Assembly (NCBI GenBank): GCA_965203175.1
Contig: OZ241867.1
Span: 1,376,001 to 1,440,000 of the forward strand
DNA length: 64,000 nucleotides
DNA from: Candidatus Latescibacterota bacterium
GTDB lineage: Bacteria; Latescibacterota; UBA2968; UBA8231
Direction: 5' to 3'
Part shown: positions 1-8,962 of the stretch, in pieces
How the letters are laid out: every line of letters begins with the position of its first letter
Position numbering within the stretch: position 1 is the first letter of the stretch
The notes under the pieces: generated by a model
Database searches by the model: none
What the model saw: only the letters and a program-made list of their open reading frames with translations
Told to the model about the DNA's origin: nothing
Position numbers and translations under genes: made by a program

Positions 1-1
1 G

Positions 2-241
2 ACCGTGAGCGACGCCACATGGGTAACTAAGCCTACTTGGTCACCTGACAGCATGAGAATGGCCTTCACTTCTCTCACTCACCTTGGGCTCATTTGGGCC
101 GTTGATCTAGACGGGGGCAACTTGGTCGAGTTGACCAACGGCTTAGGTGGACGCGGGCCCACTTGGCAACCGGCGATCCCTGCTGCTACGAGCGTCGAGT
201 CCCAGTCGTGGGGACAGGTTAAATCGCTGCTTTCTCATTAA
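2..241 (+). CDS. TolB/PD40-repeat secreted protein, C-terminal part (5' end outside window)
   Basis: PTWSPDS and PTWQP PD40-like motifs; ends ATSVESQSWGQVKSLLSH; frame open to the window edge. Confidence 0.7.
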   Translation, partial: TVSDATWVTKPTWSPDSMRMAFTSLTHLGLIWAVDLDGGNLVELTNGLGGRGPTWQPAIPAATSVESQSWGQVKSLLSH

Positions 242-253
242 TCGCGCCTCGTG

Positions 254-288
254 CGTAGGGGCGGTGCGGAGCGCAAGCCGTCCCTACG
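254..288. repeat. GTAG-type REP-like palindrome, copy 1
   Basis: cgtaggggcgg...ccgtccctacg; related copies at 2137-2171 and 3888-3917. Confidence 0.7.
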
Positions 289-331
289 TGCTTTTCTGCA
301 CCAACCTACCCTTTGATCTAGGAGGTCAACT

Positions 332-1972
332 ATGCACCGCTTTATCGTAGCTATTTTGCTGTTGGCGGCTCCACACGGGGCTTTTGCCTCGCCCGGTGCG
401 TTGTTCGCAGAACCCGACTTTTTCACCCTTGGTCCGGGCATCGGCACGGGATTCCCTGATGATACCGGCGCTTTGGGCGATGTAGATGGCGATGGGGATG
501 TGGATCTCGTGGTAGGTTGGACTCGTTGGTCGCCACACGTATATGCAGACGACGGAGCCTCGGGAGAGCACTTTCCACATTGGGGCTGGACCGTGGCGTC
601 CAACGACGGCTTGGGTGGCTTGGTCCCCACCCGCGACGTCATGCACGGAAGAGAAGAAGCAGGAGCAAGCAGTGCGCCCGGCATTGGTATCTGGGGGGAT
701 GACTTCGACGGGGATGGACTTTTGGACCTAGCCTTCGCGGAGGGATTGGACCTCGAACTGTGGCACAACCGGGGCGAGGACGGCTTTGCAACCATCCTGC
801 GACTGCCCAACACCGGTTTCGTTGGCCTAGCCGATGGTGAAGGCGACGGCGATTTGGACCTGTTGGTCACGGAGTATGAGGAGTATGAGGACGAGGCAGA
901 GCACACCCACGACGGGACATCCCAAGCGACCCTGTGGTTCAATGACGGCGACGCGGAGTTTGTCCGCAGCGATCGGTTCACCCTCGACAGCGAGGCGGGG
1001 CTCTGGCCTATGCTTTGGCCCGCCGAGCAATCGTTGGGAGCGGGAAGGTCCATACGGCTGTTATGGACCCGATCGTGCTATCGGCAGCTCCAAGAGTCTG
1101 GGCCGACGGGGATTTGGCTGACCCAGCCGTGGGCGGCCAGCGCGGAGCCGCCGCTGTTTTTCGAGTCCATGGTCAGCCCCTGTAGCTACACCCCTCTGCA
1201 GGTTGGTCGCGATGGACAGGTGGATTTAGTTGGCATCGCCGAGGCAACCGTTTCCTCCTACGTACACACCTATCACGGCTTGGCGCTGTGGCGTCTGGAC
1301 GCCTCGGGCGCGGTGGCAAGCCACACCCTGCTCGGCTCGCAGGTACACGTGCAAGGTCGCCCCCTCGTCAGCGACCTCAACGGCGATGGTCTGCAGGACG
1401 TGGCCTTGGTCGATGGCAATTTGGAAACGGGTCCGGCCTTGGTCGTCTTGCTCGGCCAGCGCGGTGGCGTGCCCGTGCTTGAAGGCCGCTACCGGCTGCC
1501 GGGCACAGGAGGCATGGGCAACGAGGTGCTCGCTGGCGACCTCAACGGCGATGGGGCCGCCGATCTGGTCGTGTTGGGGCGGAATGAGGATGGCGGGACT
1601 TTAGGGGCTTGGGGGGTTCCTGGTGGGGCTTTCGTCTTTATCAATCAGAACAGTCTGCCCACAGCCGTCGCCGTTGAGTCGGCCACGCCGTCGGCCTTTG
1701 TCTTGGGTGCGAACTATCCCAATCCGTTTAATCCGGCCACGACCATCCCCCTATCGGTGCCCGACGGTGCTGAGAGTGTGGACGTAGCCATCTACAACCT
1801 CTTGGGACAACTTGTGCGCCAAGTGTGGTCGGGTCCGTTGGCGGCGGGCGAACACCGGCTGACTTGGGATGGCCGAGACGATAAGGGCCAACTCGTCGCT
1901 TCTGGAGCCTATTTGTATCAGGTACGCGTGGGTGAGCAGCTACGCACCCGAAAAATGGTCAAGCTCGAATAG
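332..1972 (+). CDS. Secreted FG-GAP/VCBS-repeat protein with C-terminal FlgD-Ig/T9SS-like domain (paralogue 1)
   Basis: Signal peptide; DVDGDGDVDL, DFDGDGLLDL and DLNGDGxxD repeats; NYPNPFNPATTI...WDGRD...SGAYLY; RBS aggagg. Confidence 0.9.
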   Translation: MHRFIVAILLLAAPHGAFASPGALFAEPDFFTLGPGIGTGFPDDTGALGDVDGDGDVDLVVGWTRWSPHVYADDGASGEHFPHWGWTVASNDGLGGLVPTRDVMHGREEAGASSAPGIGIWGDDFDGDGLLDLAFAEGLDLELWHNRGEDGFATILRLPNTGFVGLADGEGDGDLDLLVTEYEEYEDEAEHTHDGTSQATLWFNDGDAEFVRSDRFTLDSEAGLWPMLWPAEQSLGAGRSIRLLWTRSCYRQLQESGPTGIWLTQPWAASAEPPLFFESMVSPCSYTPLQVGRDGQVDLVGIAEATVSSYVHTYHGLALWRLDASGAVASHTLLGSQVHVQGRPLVSDLNGDGLQDVALVDGNLETGPALVVLLGQRGGVPVLEGRYRLPGTGGMGNEVLAGDLNGDGAADLVVLGRNEDGGTLGAWGVPGGAFVFINQNSLPTAVAVESATPSAFVLGANYPNPFNPATTIPLSVPDGAESVDVAIYNLLGQLVRQVWSGPLAAGEHRLTWDGRDDKGQLVASGAYLYQVRVGEQLRTRKMVKLE

Positions 1973-2015
1973 ACGATCCGTAGCCTATTCATAACCTTCT
2001 GAAAGGAGCCGCGCT

Positions 2016-2124
2016 ATGAACTCTCGATCCCTATTGATCGTCTGCTTGGCAACCGGCGATCCCTGCTGCTACGAGCGTCGAGTCCCAGTCGTGGGGACAG
2101 ATCAAATCGCTGCTTTCTCATTAA
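2016..2124 (+). pseudogene. Internally deleted remnant of the upstream TolB-like gene
   Basis: RBS gaaaggag, then MNSRSLLIVCL joined at cttggcaac, out of frame, to a near-exact copy of ~162-241. Confidence 0.55.
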
Positions 2125-2136
2125 TCGCGCCTCGTG

Positions 2137-2171
2137 CGTAGGGGCGGTGCGTAGCGCAAGCCGTCCCTACG
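2137..2171. repeat. GTAG-type REP-like palindrome, copy 2
   Basis: cgtaggggcgg...ccgtccctacg. Confidence 0.7.
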
Positions 2172-2214
2172 TGCCTTTCTGCACCAACCTACCCTTTGAT
2201 CTAGGAGGTCAACT

Positions 2215-3834
2215 ATGCACCGCTTTATCGTAGCTATTTTGCTGTTGGCGGCTCCACACAGGGCTTTTGCCTCGCCCGGCGCGTTGTTCGCAGAACCCGA
2301 CTTTTTCACCCTTGGCCCGGGCATCGGCATGGGGTTCACTGATGATACCGGCGTTTTGGGCGATGTAGATGGCGATGGGGATTTGGATCTTGTGGTAGGT
2401 TGGAATCGTTGGTTGGTGTACGCAGACGACGGAGCCTCGGGAGGGCACGAGCACCTTACACATTGGGGCTGGACCGTGGCGTCCAACGACGGCTTGGGTG
2501 GCTTGGTCCCCACCCGCGACGTCATGCACGGGAGAAAAGAAGCAGGAGCAAGCGGCGCGCCCATCATTAGTATCTGGGGGGATGACTTCGACGGGGATGG
2601 ACTCCTGGATCTGGCCTTTGAGCAGGGATTGAACCTCGAACTGTGGCACAACCGGGGCGAGGACGGCTTTGCAACCATTCTGCAACTGCCCAATGTCGGT
2701 TTCATTGGCCTAGCCGATGGTGAAGGCGACGGCGATGTGGATCTGTTGGTCATGGAGTATGACGACGAGTCATTGGAAAACCACGAGGGGACATCCCAAG
2801 CGACCCTGTGGTTCAACGACGGCGACGCGGCGTTTGTCCGTAGCGACCGGTTCACCCTCGACAGCGAGGAGAGGCTCTGGCCTAGGCTTTGGCCCGCAGA
2901 GCGATGGTTAGGAGCGGGAGGGGCCGTGCGCCTTTTATGGTACCGAACGTGCTATCAGCAGCTCCGAGAGGCTGGGCCGACGGTGGGTTGGCTGACCCAG
3001 CCGTGGGCGGCCAGCGCGGAGCCGCCGCTTTTTTTAAAGTCCATGGTCAACCCCTGTTACTCCATCCCTCTACAGGCCGGTCGCGATGGACAGATGGATT
3101 TAGTCAGCATCGCCGAGGTAACCGTTTCCTCCAACATACACACCAACCACGGCTTGGCGCTGTGGCGTCTGGACCCCTCGGGCGTGGAGGCACACCACAC
3201 GCTGCTCGGCTCGCAGGTACATGTGCAAGGTCACCCCTTGGTCAGCGACCTCAACGGCGATGGTCTGCCGGACGTGGCCGTGATCGATGGCAACGAGGAA
3301 ACGGGTCCGGCCTTGGTCGTCTTGATCGGCCAGAGTGATGGCGTACCCGTGCTCGAAGGTCGTTACCGGCTGCCGGGCACGGGGGGCATGGGCAACGAGG
3401 TACTTGCCGGTGACCTCAACGGCGATGGGGCCACCGATCTGGTCGTGCTGGGGCGGAATGAGGAAGGAGATCTTGATGATTTTGGCGGGGCTTTTGTCTT
3501 TATCAACCAGAACAGTCCACCCACAGCCGTAGCCGTTGAGTCGGCCACGCCGGCGGACTTTGTCTTGGGTGCGAACTATCCCAATCCGTTTAATCCGGCT
3601 ACGACCATCCCCCTGTCGGTGCCCGACGGTGCCGAGGCTGTGGACGTAGGCATCTACAACCTCTTGGGACAGCTTGTGCGCCAAGTGTGGTCGGGTCCGT
3701 TGGCGGCGGGCGAACACCGGCTGACTTGGGATGGCCGAGACGGGCAGGGACGCCCCGTCGCTTCTGGAGCCTATTTGTATCAGGTACGCGTGGGTGAGCA
3801 GCTACGCACCCGAAAAATGGTCAAGCTCGAATAG
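2215..3834 (+). CDS. Secreted FG-GAP/VCBS-repeat protein with FlgD-Ig/T9SS-like domain (paralogue 2)
   Basis: Highly similar to 332-1972 over the full length; same motifs. Confidence 0.9.
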   Translation: MHRFIVAILLLAAPHRAFASPGALFAEPDFFTLGPGIGMGFTDDTGVLGDVDGDGDLDLVVGWNRWLVYADDGASGGHEHLTHWGWTVASNDGLGGLVPTRDVMHGRKEAGASGAPIISIWGDDFDGDGLLDLAFEQGLNLELWHNRGEDGFATILQLPNVGFIGLADGEGDGDVDLLVMEYDDESLENHEGTSQATLWFNDGDAAFVRSDRFTLDSEERLWPRLWPAERWLGAGGAVRLLWYRTCYQQLREAGPTVGWLTQPWAASAEPPLFLKSMVNPCYSIPLQAGRDGQMDLVSIAEVTVSSNIHTNHGLALWRLDPSGVEAHHTLLGSQVHVQGHPLVSDLNGDGLPDVAVIDGNEETGPALVVLIGQSDGVPVLEGRYRLPGTGGMGNEVLAGDLNGDGATDLVVLGRNEEGDLDDFGGAFVFINQNSPPTAVAVESATPADFVLGANYPNPFNPATTIPLSVPDGAEAVDVGIYNLLGQLVRQVWSGPLAAGEHRLTWDGRDGQGRPVASGAYLYQVRVGEQLRTRKMVKLE

Positions 3835-3887
3835 ACGATCTGACTGTCTCGCTGCTTTCAACGGACACTCGTTAATTGCGCCTCGTC

Positions 3888-3917
3888 CGTAGGGACGGTG
3901 CACAAGCCGTTCCTACG
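3888..3917. repeat. GTAG-type REP-like palindrome, copy 3
   Basis: cgtagggacgg...ccgttcctacg. Confidence 0.65.
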
Positions 3918-3949
3918 TGCCTTTCTGCACCAACCTCAGGAGGTAAACT

Positions 3950-5581
3950 ATGCACCGCTTTATGGTAGCTATTTTGCTGTTGGCGGCTCCACACGGGGCT
4001 TTTGCCTCGCCCGGTGCGTTGTTCGCAGAACCCGACTTTTTCACCCTTGGCCCGGGCATCGGCATGGGGTTCCATGATGGTACCGGCGTTTTGGGCGATG
4101 TAGATGGCGATGGGGATTTGGATCTCGTGGTAGGTTGGAATCGTTGGTCGCCACACGTATATGCAGACGACGGAGCCTCGGGAGAGCACTTTCCACACTG
4201 GGGCTGGACCGTGGCGTCCAACGATGGCTTGGGTGGCTTGGTTCCCACCCGCGACGTCATGCACGGAAGAAAAGAATCAGGAGCAAACAGTGTGTCCATC
4301 ATTAGTATCTACGGGGATGACTTCGACGGGGATGGACTCTTAGATCTGGCCGTTGAGGAGGGATTCAACTTCGAACTGTGGCACAACCGGGGCGAGGACG
4401 GCTTTGCAACCATCCTGCGACTACCCAACACTGGTTTCGTTGGCCTAGCCGATGGTGAAGGCGACGGCGATTTGGACCTGTTGGTCACGGGGTATGACGA
4501 CGAGTCATTGCGCAACCACGAGGGGACATCCCAAGCGACCCTGTGGTACAACGATGGCGACGCTGCGTTTGTCCGTAGCGACCGGTTCACCCTCGACAGC
4601 GAGGAGAGGTTCTTGCCTATGCTTTGGCCCGCTGAGCAATCATTGGGAGCGGAAGGGACCGTGCGGCTGCTATGGACCCGATCGTGCTATCGGCAGCTCC
4701 AAGAGTCTGGGCCGACTAGGGTTTGGCTGACTCAGCCGTGGGCGGCCAGCGCGGAGCCGCCGTTTTCTTTTGAGTCCATGATCAACCCCTGTAGCTACAC
4801 CCCTCTGCAGGTCGGTCGCGATGGACAGGTGGGTTTAGTTGGAATCGTCGAAGTAACCGTTTCCTCCCACATATACATCTACCACGGCTTGGCGCTGTGG
4901 CGTCTGGACGCCTCGGGCGCGGTGGCAAGCCACACCCTGCTCGGCTCGCAGGTACACGTGCAAGGTCACCCCCTCGTCAGCGACCTCAACGGCGATGGTC
5001 TGCCGGACGTGGCCTTGGTCGATGGCAATTTGGAAACGGGTCCGGCCTTGGTCGTCTTGCTCGGCCAGCGCGGTGGCGTGCCCGTCCTCGAAGGTCGCTA
5101 CCGGCTGTCGAGCACAGGGGGCATGGGCAACGAGGTGCTTGTCGGCGACCTCAACGGCGATGGGGCCGCCGATCTGGTCGTGCTGGGGTGGAATGAGGAT
5201 CGCGGGATTTTAGGGGCTTGGGGGGTTCCTGGTGGGGCTTTCGTCTTTATCAACCAGAACAGTCCACCCACAGCCGTGGCCGTTGAGTCGGCTACGCCGT
5301 CGGCCTTTGTTTTAGGTGCGAACTATCCCAATCCGTTTAATCCGGCCACGACCATCCCCCTATCGGTGCCCGACGGTGCCGAGGCTGTCGATGTAGCCAT
5401 CTACAACCTCTTGGGCCAGCTTGTGCGCCAAGTGTGGTCGGGTCCGTTGGCGGCGGGCGAACATCGGCTGACTTGGGATGGCCGAGACGGGCAGGGCCGA
5501 CCCGTTGCTTCTGGAGCGTATTTGTATCAGCTACGCGTGGGTGATCAGTTGCACACCCGCAAGATGGTCAAGCTCGAATAG
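3950..5581 (+). CDS. Secreted FG-GAP/VCBS-repeat protein with FlgD-Ig/T9SS-like domain (paralogue 3)
   Basis: Highly similar to paralogues 1 and 2; RBS aggagg. Confidence 0.9.
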   Translation: MHRFMVAILLLAAPHGAFASPGALFAEPDFFTLGPGIGMGFHDGTGVLGDVDGDGDLDLVVGWNRWSPHVYADDGASGEHFPHWGWTVASNDGLGGLVPTRDVMHGRKESGANSVSIISIYGDDFDGDGLLDLAVEEGFNFELWHNRGEDGFATILRLPNTGFVGLADGEGDGDLDLLVTGYDDESLRNHEGTSQATLWYNDGDAAFVRSDRFTLDSEERFLPMLWPAEQSLGAEGTVRLLWTRSCYRQLQESGPTRVWLTQPWAASAEPPFSFESMINPCSYTPLQVGRDGQVGLVGIVEVTVSSHIYIYHGLALWRLDASGAVASHTLLGSQVHVQGHPLVSDLNGDGLPDVALVDGNLETGPALVVLLGQRGGVPVLEGRYRLSSTGGMGNEVLVGDLNGDGAADLVVLGWNEDRGILGAWGVPGGAFVFINQNSPPTAVAVESATPSAFVLGANYPNPFNPATTIPLSVPDGAEAVDVAIYNLLGQLVRQVWSGPLAAGEHRLTWDGRDGQGRPVASGAYLYQLRVGDQLHTRKMVKLE

Positions 5582-5676
5582 ACGATCCGACTGTCTCGCT
5601 GCTTTCGTCGGGCCTATATTTCCTCTGAAAATGGCATGTGGAAGAGTCCTCAAAAATCACCGAAAGTAGGATACAA

Positions 5677-6219
5677 ATGAACAAATCAATGCTACGCACG
5701 TTGCAAGCCGCAACGATCCTCACGGTGCTCGTGCTCCTGCTTTCGATCAACTTGGGCCAAGCCGACCATGACAAGGATCGAGTTCGTTGTGGTAGCGATG
5801 AAACAAAATGGGACCAGTGTTTTGATTGTAGCTTAAACCCCGATCATCGTTTTTGTTCTTGGGAATATATAGATAGAAATACACCATATCCGAAATACGC
5901 TTGGATCACGTTTGCCTTAGATTGGGAGTGCAATCTATATATAGCGGATAGGCAGTATTCCTCTACTCCCTGTTCATTGGTCGTGCCAGACAATGCAACG
6001 GATCAGAATTTTAGCTGCCGCCGCTTCCGTGGTAGCTTGTGCGAGGATTTTAACCCGGACGAACCATATACATTAGGCACCAGTTACCATATCGACAACA
6101 AGACGCAGGACAGTCGTCTGTGTTCGTCCGCTCCTTGTTCAGAAACCAATCAGGCTACGGTTGTGGACGAGACCTCGTGGGGGCAAATCAAATCGCTGCT
6201 TGCAACGGGAACTCATTAG
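5677..6219 (+). CDS. Secreted Cys-rich hypothetical protein with C-terminal SWGQIK motif
   Basis: Hydrophobic signal peptide; about 10 Cys; ends ATVVDETSWGQIKSLL; central part AT-richer than its flanks. Confidence 0.75.
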   Translation: MNKSMLRTLQAATILTVLVLLLSINLGQADHDKDRVRCGSDETKWDQCFDCSLNPDHRFCSWEYIDRNTPYPKYAWITFALDWECNLYIADRQYSSTPCSLVVPDNATDQNFSCRRFRGSLCEDFNPDEPYTLGTSYHIDNKTQDSRLCSSAPCSETNQATVVDETSWGQIKSLLATGTH

Positions 6220-6457
6220 TCGCTCTTGGTTTATAAGCTTCTGCGCCTAAAGGATGCAACGTGATTCCCGCCCTACTCGACCGCATTCTCGAACTAGCCT
6301 TCGACCCCCGAGTCGCCGCCTTCTTCGGCGTCTGCTTGGGGCTGTATATCCTGCGGGACGTGGCCCGTATATGTTTGCGGCTACTGGAGGCTTTTTGGCG
6401 GGGACGGAGGAAGAAGGGCGATGCGTGATGAGTGGTTAGACGCTATCCACTGACCAC

Positions 6458-7183
6458 TTAAACGAAATGTTCGGAGTTATCTTGGGGGTCGTAGCCTAAT
6501 TCGCGGCGGGCGTTTTCGAGGTCCCAGTAGGCGCGGGTGTTGCCCGAGATGCCGTAGTAGATTCCGAAGCGCACATCGGCCTCAATGGAGCGCTGCACGA
6601 GTTGGACGCAGTCGCGGTGGCTCAGCCAGGTGGAGAGAATCCGGTCGCTTTGGCGCTTGACGACTGCGGAATCCGGCTGGAACGAGCCGATGCGCAGGCA
6701 TACGACCTCCAAACCGTAGCGATCCACATAGTAGCGTCCCAAACTTTCGCCAAATGCCTTGCTGGCTCCGTACAGGCTGTCGGGCCGCACGGGCATTTCC
6801 GACGTGGTGTACATCCTTTCTTCCTCGTAAAGGCCGGTCACGTGATTGGTGCTGGCGAAGACGACCCGCTTGACGCCCGCGTTTCTGCAGGCCTCATAGG
6901 TGCAGTACACGCCTTGGATGTTCTTTTCTAGCACCGACTCCCAAGTGGCGCTAACCTCTGGATCGCCGGCGAGGTGGACTACCGCATTGACGCCGGCGAC
7001 CGCCTCGACCATAGCGGCCAGATCGGCGACGCTGCCGCGGACGACCTCTTCGCCTGCGGCGGCTTCCCGCACTGTGCGGTGATACATCAGCCGCAAGTCG
7101 TAATACTCCCGCAGCCCTTGGCGCATCACCTCGCCGATGCGTCCGGCCGCTCCCGTAATTAGCACTTTTTTGCGACCCATCAC
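6458..7183 (-). CDS. NAD-dependent epimerase/dehydratase, uronate dehydrogenase-like
   Basis: ITGAAGRIG, FASTNHVTG, RPDSLYGASK, LRIGS, WLSHRD. Confidence 0.9.
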   Translation of the reverse strand: MMGRKKVLITGAAGRIGEVMRQGLREYYDLRLMYHRTVREAAAGEEVVRGSVADLAAMVEAVAGVNAVVHLAGDPEVSATWESVLEKNIQGVYCTYEACRNAGVKRVVFASTNHVTGLYEEERMYTTSEMPVRPDSLYGASKAFGESLGRYYVDRYGLEVVCLRIGSFQPDSAVVKRQSDRILSTWLSHRDCVQLVQRSIEADVRFGIYYGISGNTRAYWDLENARRELGYDPQDNSEHFV

Positions 7184-7311
7184 TTCTCAGACAGTCGGTT
7201 AATAAGCCACCACGTCAGGACGGCTATGAGGAGGCCCGCCGCTAGCCCAAGGCTCCAAAAGAGGCACTCCTGCGAGGAAAGATTTTTGCGAAACTTCATA
7301 GCGCGATCTCC

Positions 7312-7962
7312 TCAGCGGCTGGCCCAGAGCATGCCGCGCCGCTGGATCTCGCGCGCTTCGGGCACGTCGAAGTCTCGCGCCACGTGGCCCAGCGACGAGT
7401 AGAACACCCGACCCGCTCCCCACGCGCGCTTCCACACCACTGGCATGACCGTTCCGTTGACCCAAGGCGCACTTTGACGGCCCTCTAGGGTCGTCGTGGC
7501 CAGTACCTGATTGCCCGGGTCGGTGTGCATGTAGTACTGCTCGGAGTGCATCTGGAAGTCGTCTAGGCCGGCGACGATGGGGTCGTCTGGGGCCGCGATG
7601 TTGACCGTGTAGTCGATGATGCCGTCTGGATGGGCGACAAACTGGCCGCCGACCATGAACTGATAGGTGGTATTGTTGCGAAACGAATCGGCCATGCAGC
7701 CGTGCCAGCCCGCTACGCCGGCACCGCGATCAACGGCCGCGAGCAGCCCCTGTTCCTGCTCTCCTTCGATCTGGCCCATCGTCCACGCCGGCACCACCAG
7801 ATCCTGCTCGGCCATGAGGTCGCGGTCTTTGTACGTGTCGAGGGTGTCCGAAATGGTTACTGCGAATCCGTCTTCTTCTAGAATGGGGGCGAAAATATCG
7901 ACGCACTGCTTGGGCTCGTGCCCCTCCCAGCCGCCCCAAACCATGATTGCCTTCTTTGCCAT
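7312..7962 (-). CDS. ThuA-like domain protein
   Basis: [37 protein letters not shown]. Confidence 0.9.
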   Translation of the reverse strand: MAKKAIMVWGGWEGHEPKQCVDIFAPILEEDGFAVTISDTLDTYKDRDLMAEQDLVVPAWTMGQIEGEQEQGLLAAVDRGAGVAGWHGCMADSFRNNTTYQFMVGGQFVAHPDGIIDYTVNIAAPDDPIVAGLDDFQMHSEQYYMHTDPGNQVLATTTLEGRQSAPWVNGTVMPVVWKRAWGAGRVFYSSLGHVARDFDVPEAREIQRRGMLWASR

Positions 7963-7977
7963 GACGCTCCTTATGCG

Positions 7978-8733
7978 TTATTCGGCGCCGCGCGCCAGTT
8001 CGTTGCCAACGAGGTATTGATAGCTTTTTTCCACAGCTTCCATCATGTCGGTCGCACAGCGGTCCAACTCGACGATCAGCCAGTCGCAGGTGCCGTGGCT
8101 GGCCTCGATAATAGGCGGGAAATCCATGGCCCCTTCGCCGACGGCGAGCATGTCCTGCTCAGGATCGCACGGGCCGTCCTTGATGTGCAAAAGCGGCGCT
8201 CGCTCGCCTAACTCCTCGACGACATGCACCGAATCGCCGCCGCCGGTATTGACCCAGTAGGTATCGACCTGAAAGAAAATGGACTCGTCGAGCTCGTCGA
8301 TTAGATGCTCAAAACCCGGACGCCCTTCCACTTCTTGGAACTCCCACCAGTGGTTGTGGAGGCCTAGCTCCAACCCGTTCTCGATGGCAATCTCGGCGGC
8401 TTGGTTCCAGCTATCGCAAAGCTCCTTGAGCGCGTCTGCGCTCGCGAAGGCATCGCGCGGCGTGGAGCTCACCACGCGGGTGGCTTCCAGCTCGTAGGCT
8501 AGTTCGATGACTTGGTTTTTTTGCTTGCCCAAGGGTAGCTGCGTATGCACGCTGCATACGTCTAACCCAAGATCGGCAAATAGGTCGCTGGCTTCATCTA
8601 CTCCGATGCCGGGGAATCCAGCCGTTTCGACTCCCACGTACCCTATCTCGGCAATCCGGGTGACCACGGACTTGAAGTTGCGAGCGAGGGCGTCGCGGAC
8701 CGTGTAGAGTTGAAGCGCTATGGGGGCAGCCAT
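7978..8733 (-). CDS. Sugar phosphate isomerase/epimerase (xylose isomerase-like TIM barrel)
   Basis: LQLYTVR, HNHWWEF, DTYW, HIKDG, IVELD. Confidence 0.9.
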   Translation of the reverse strand: MAAPIALQLYTVRDALARNFKSVVTRIAEIGYVGVETAGFPGIGVDEASDLFADLGLDVCSVHTQLPLGKQKNQVIELAYELEATRVVSSTPRDAFASADALKELCDSWNQAAEIAIENGLELGLHNHWWEFQEVEGRPGFEHLIDELDESIFFQVDTYWVNTGGGDSVHVVEELGERAPLLHIKDGPCDPEQDMLAVGEGAMDFPPIIEASHGTCDWLIVELDRCATDMMEAVEKSYQYLVGNELARGAE

Positions 8734-8962
8734 TTCTTCCTTCCTTGTGGGTGAGATATAATAGGGATATGAAAGTTAAAGCGATAGTTAAGCGGGCGGG
8801 CGAATGGTCAGGCGTCAATAGTCGATAGGGGACTCGTGTGTAACGTCAGATAATTAAAGAAAAAAAATAAGCCGGTAGGCAAATTAATTTGTAATGACAC
8901 TGCACTTGCTGCGCCGCTCACTCGCTCCTACATTAGCCGCTCCAACCAAGGAGCAATTGCCA

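Noticed and set aside
238-4590. Repeated minus-strand ORFs (238-1053, 2121-2855, 3913-4302, 4309-4590)
   Set aside because: Antisense shadows of the FG-GAP paralogues; they recur only because the sense genes are duplicated.
332-5581. Diversity-generating retroelement acting on the paralogues
   Set aside because: No reverse transcriptase in the window; differences include indels and are not adenine-restricted.
6254-6439. 61-aa ORF or ncRNA between convergent genes
   Set aside because: No clear RBS or motif, and only loose GC-rich complementarity; not enough support.
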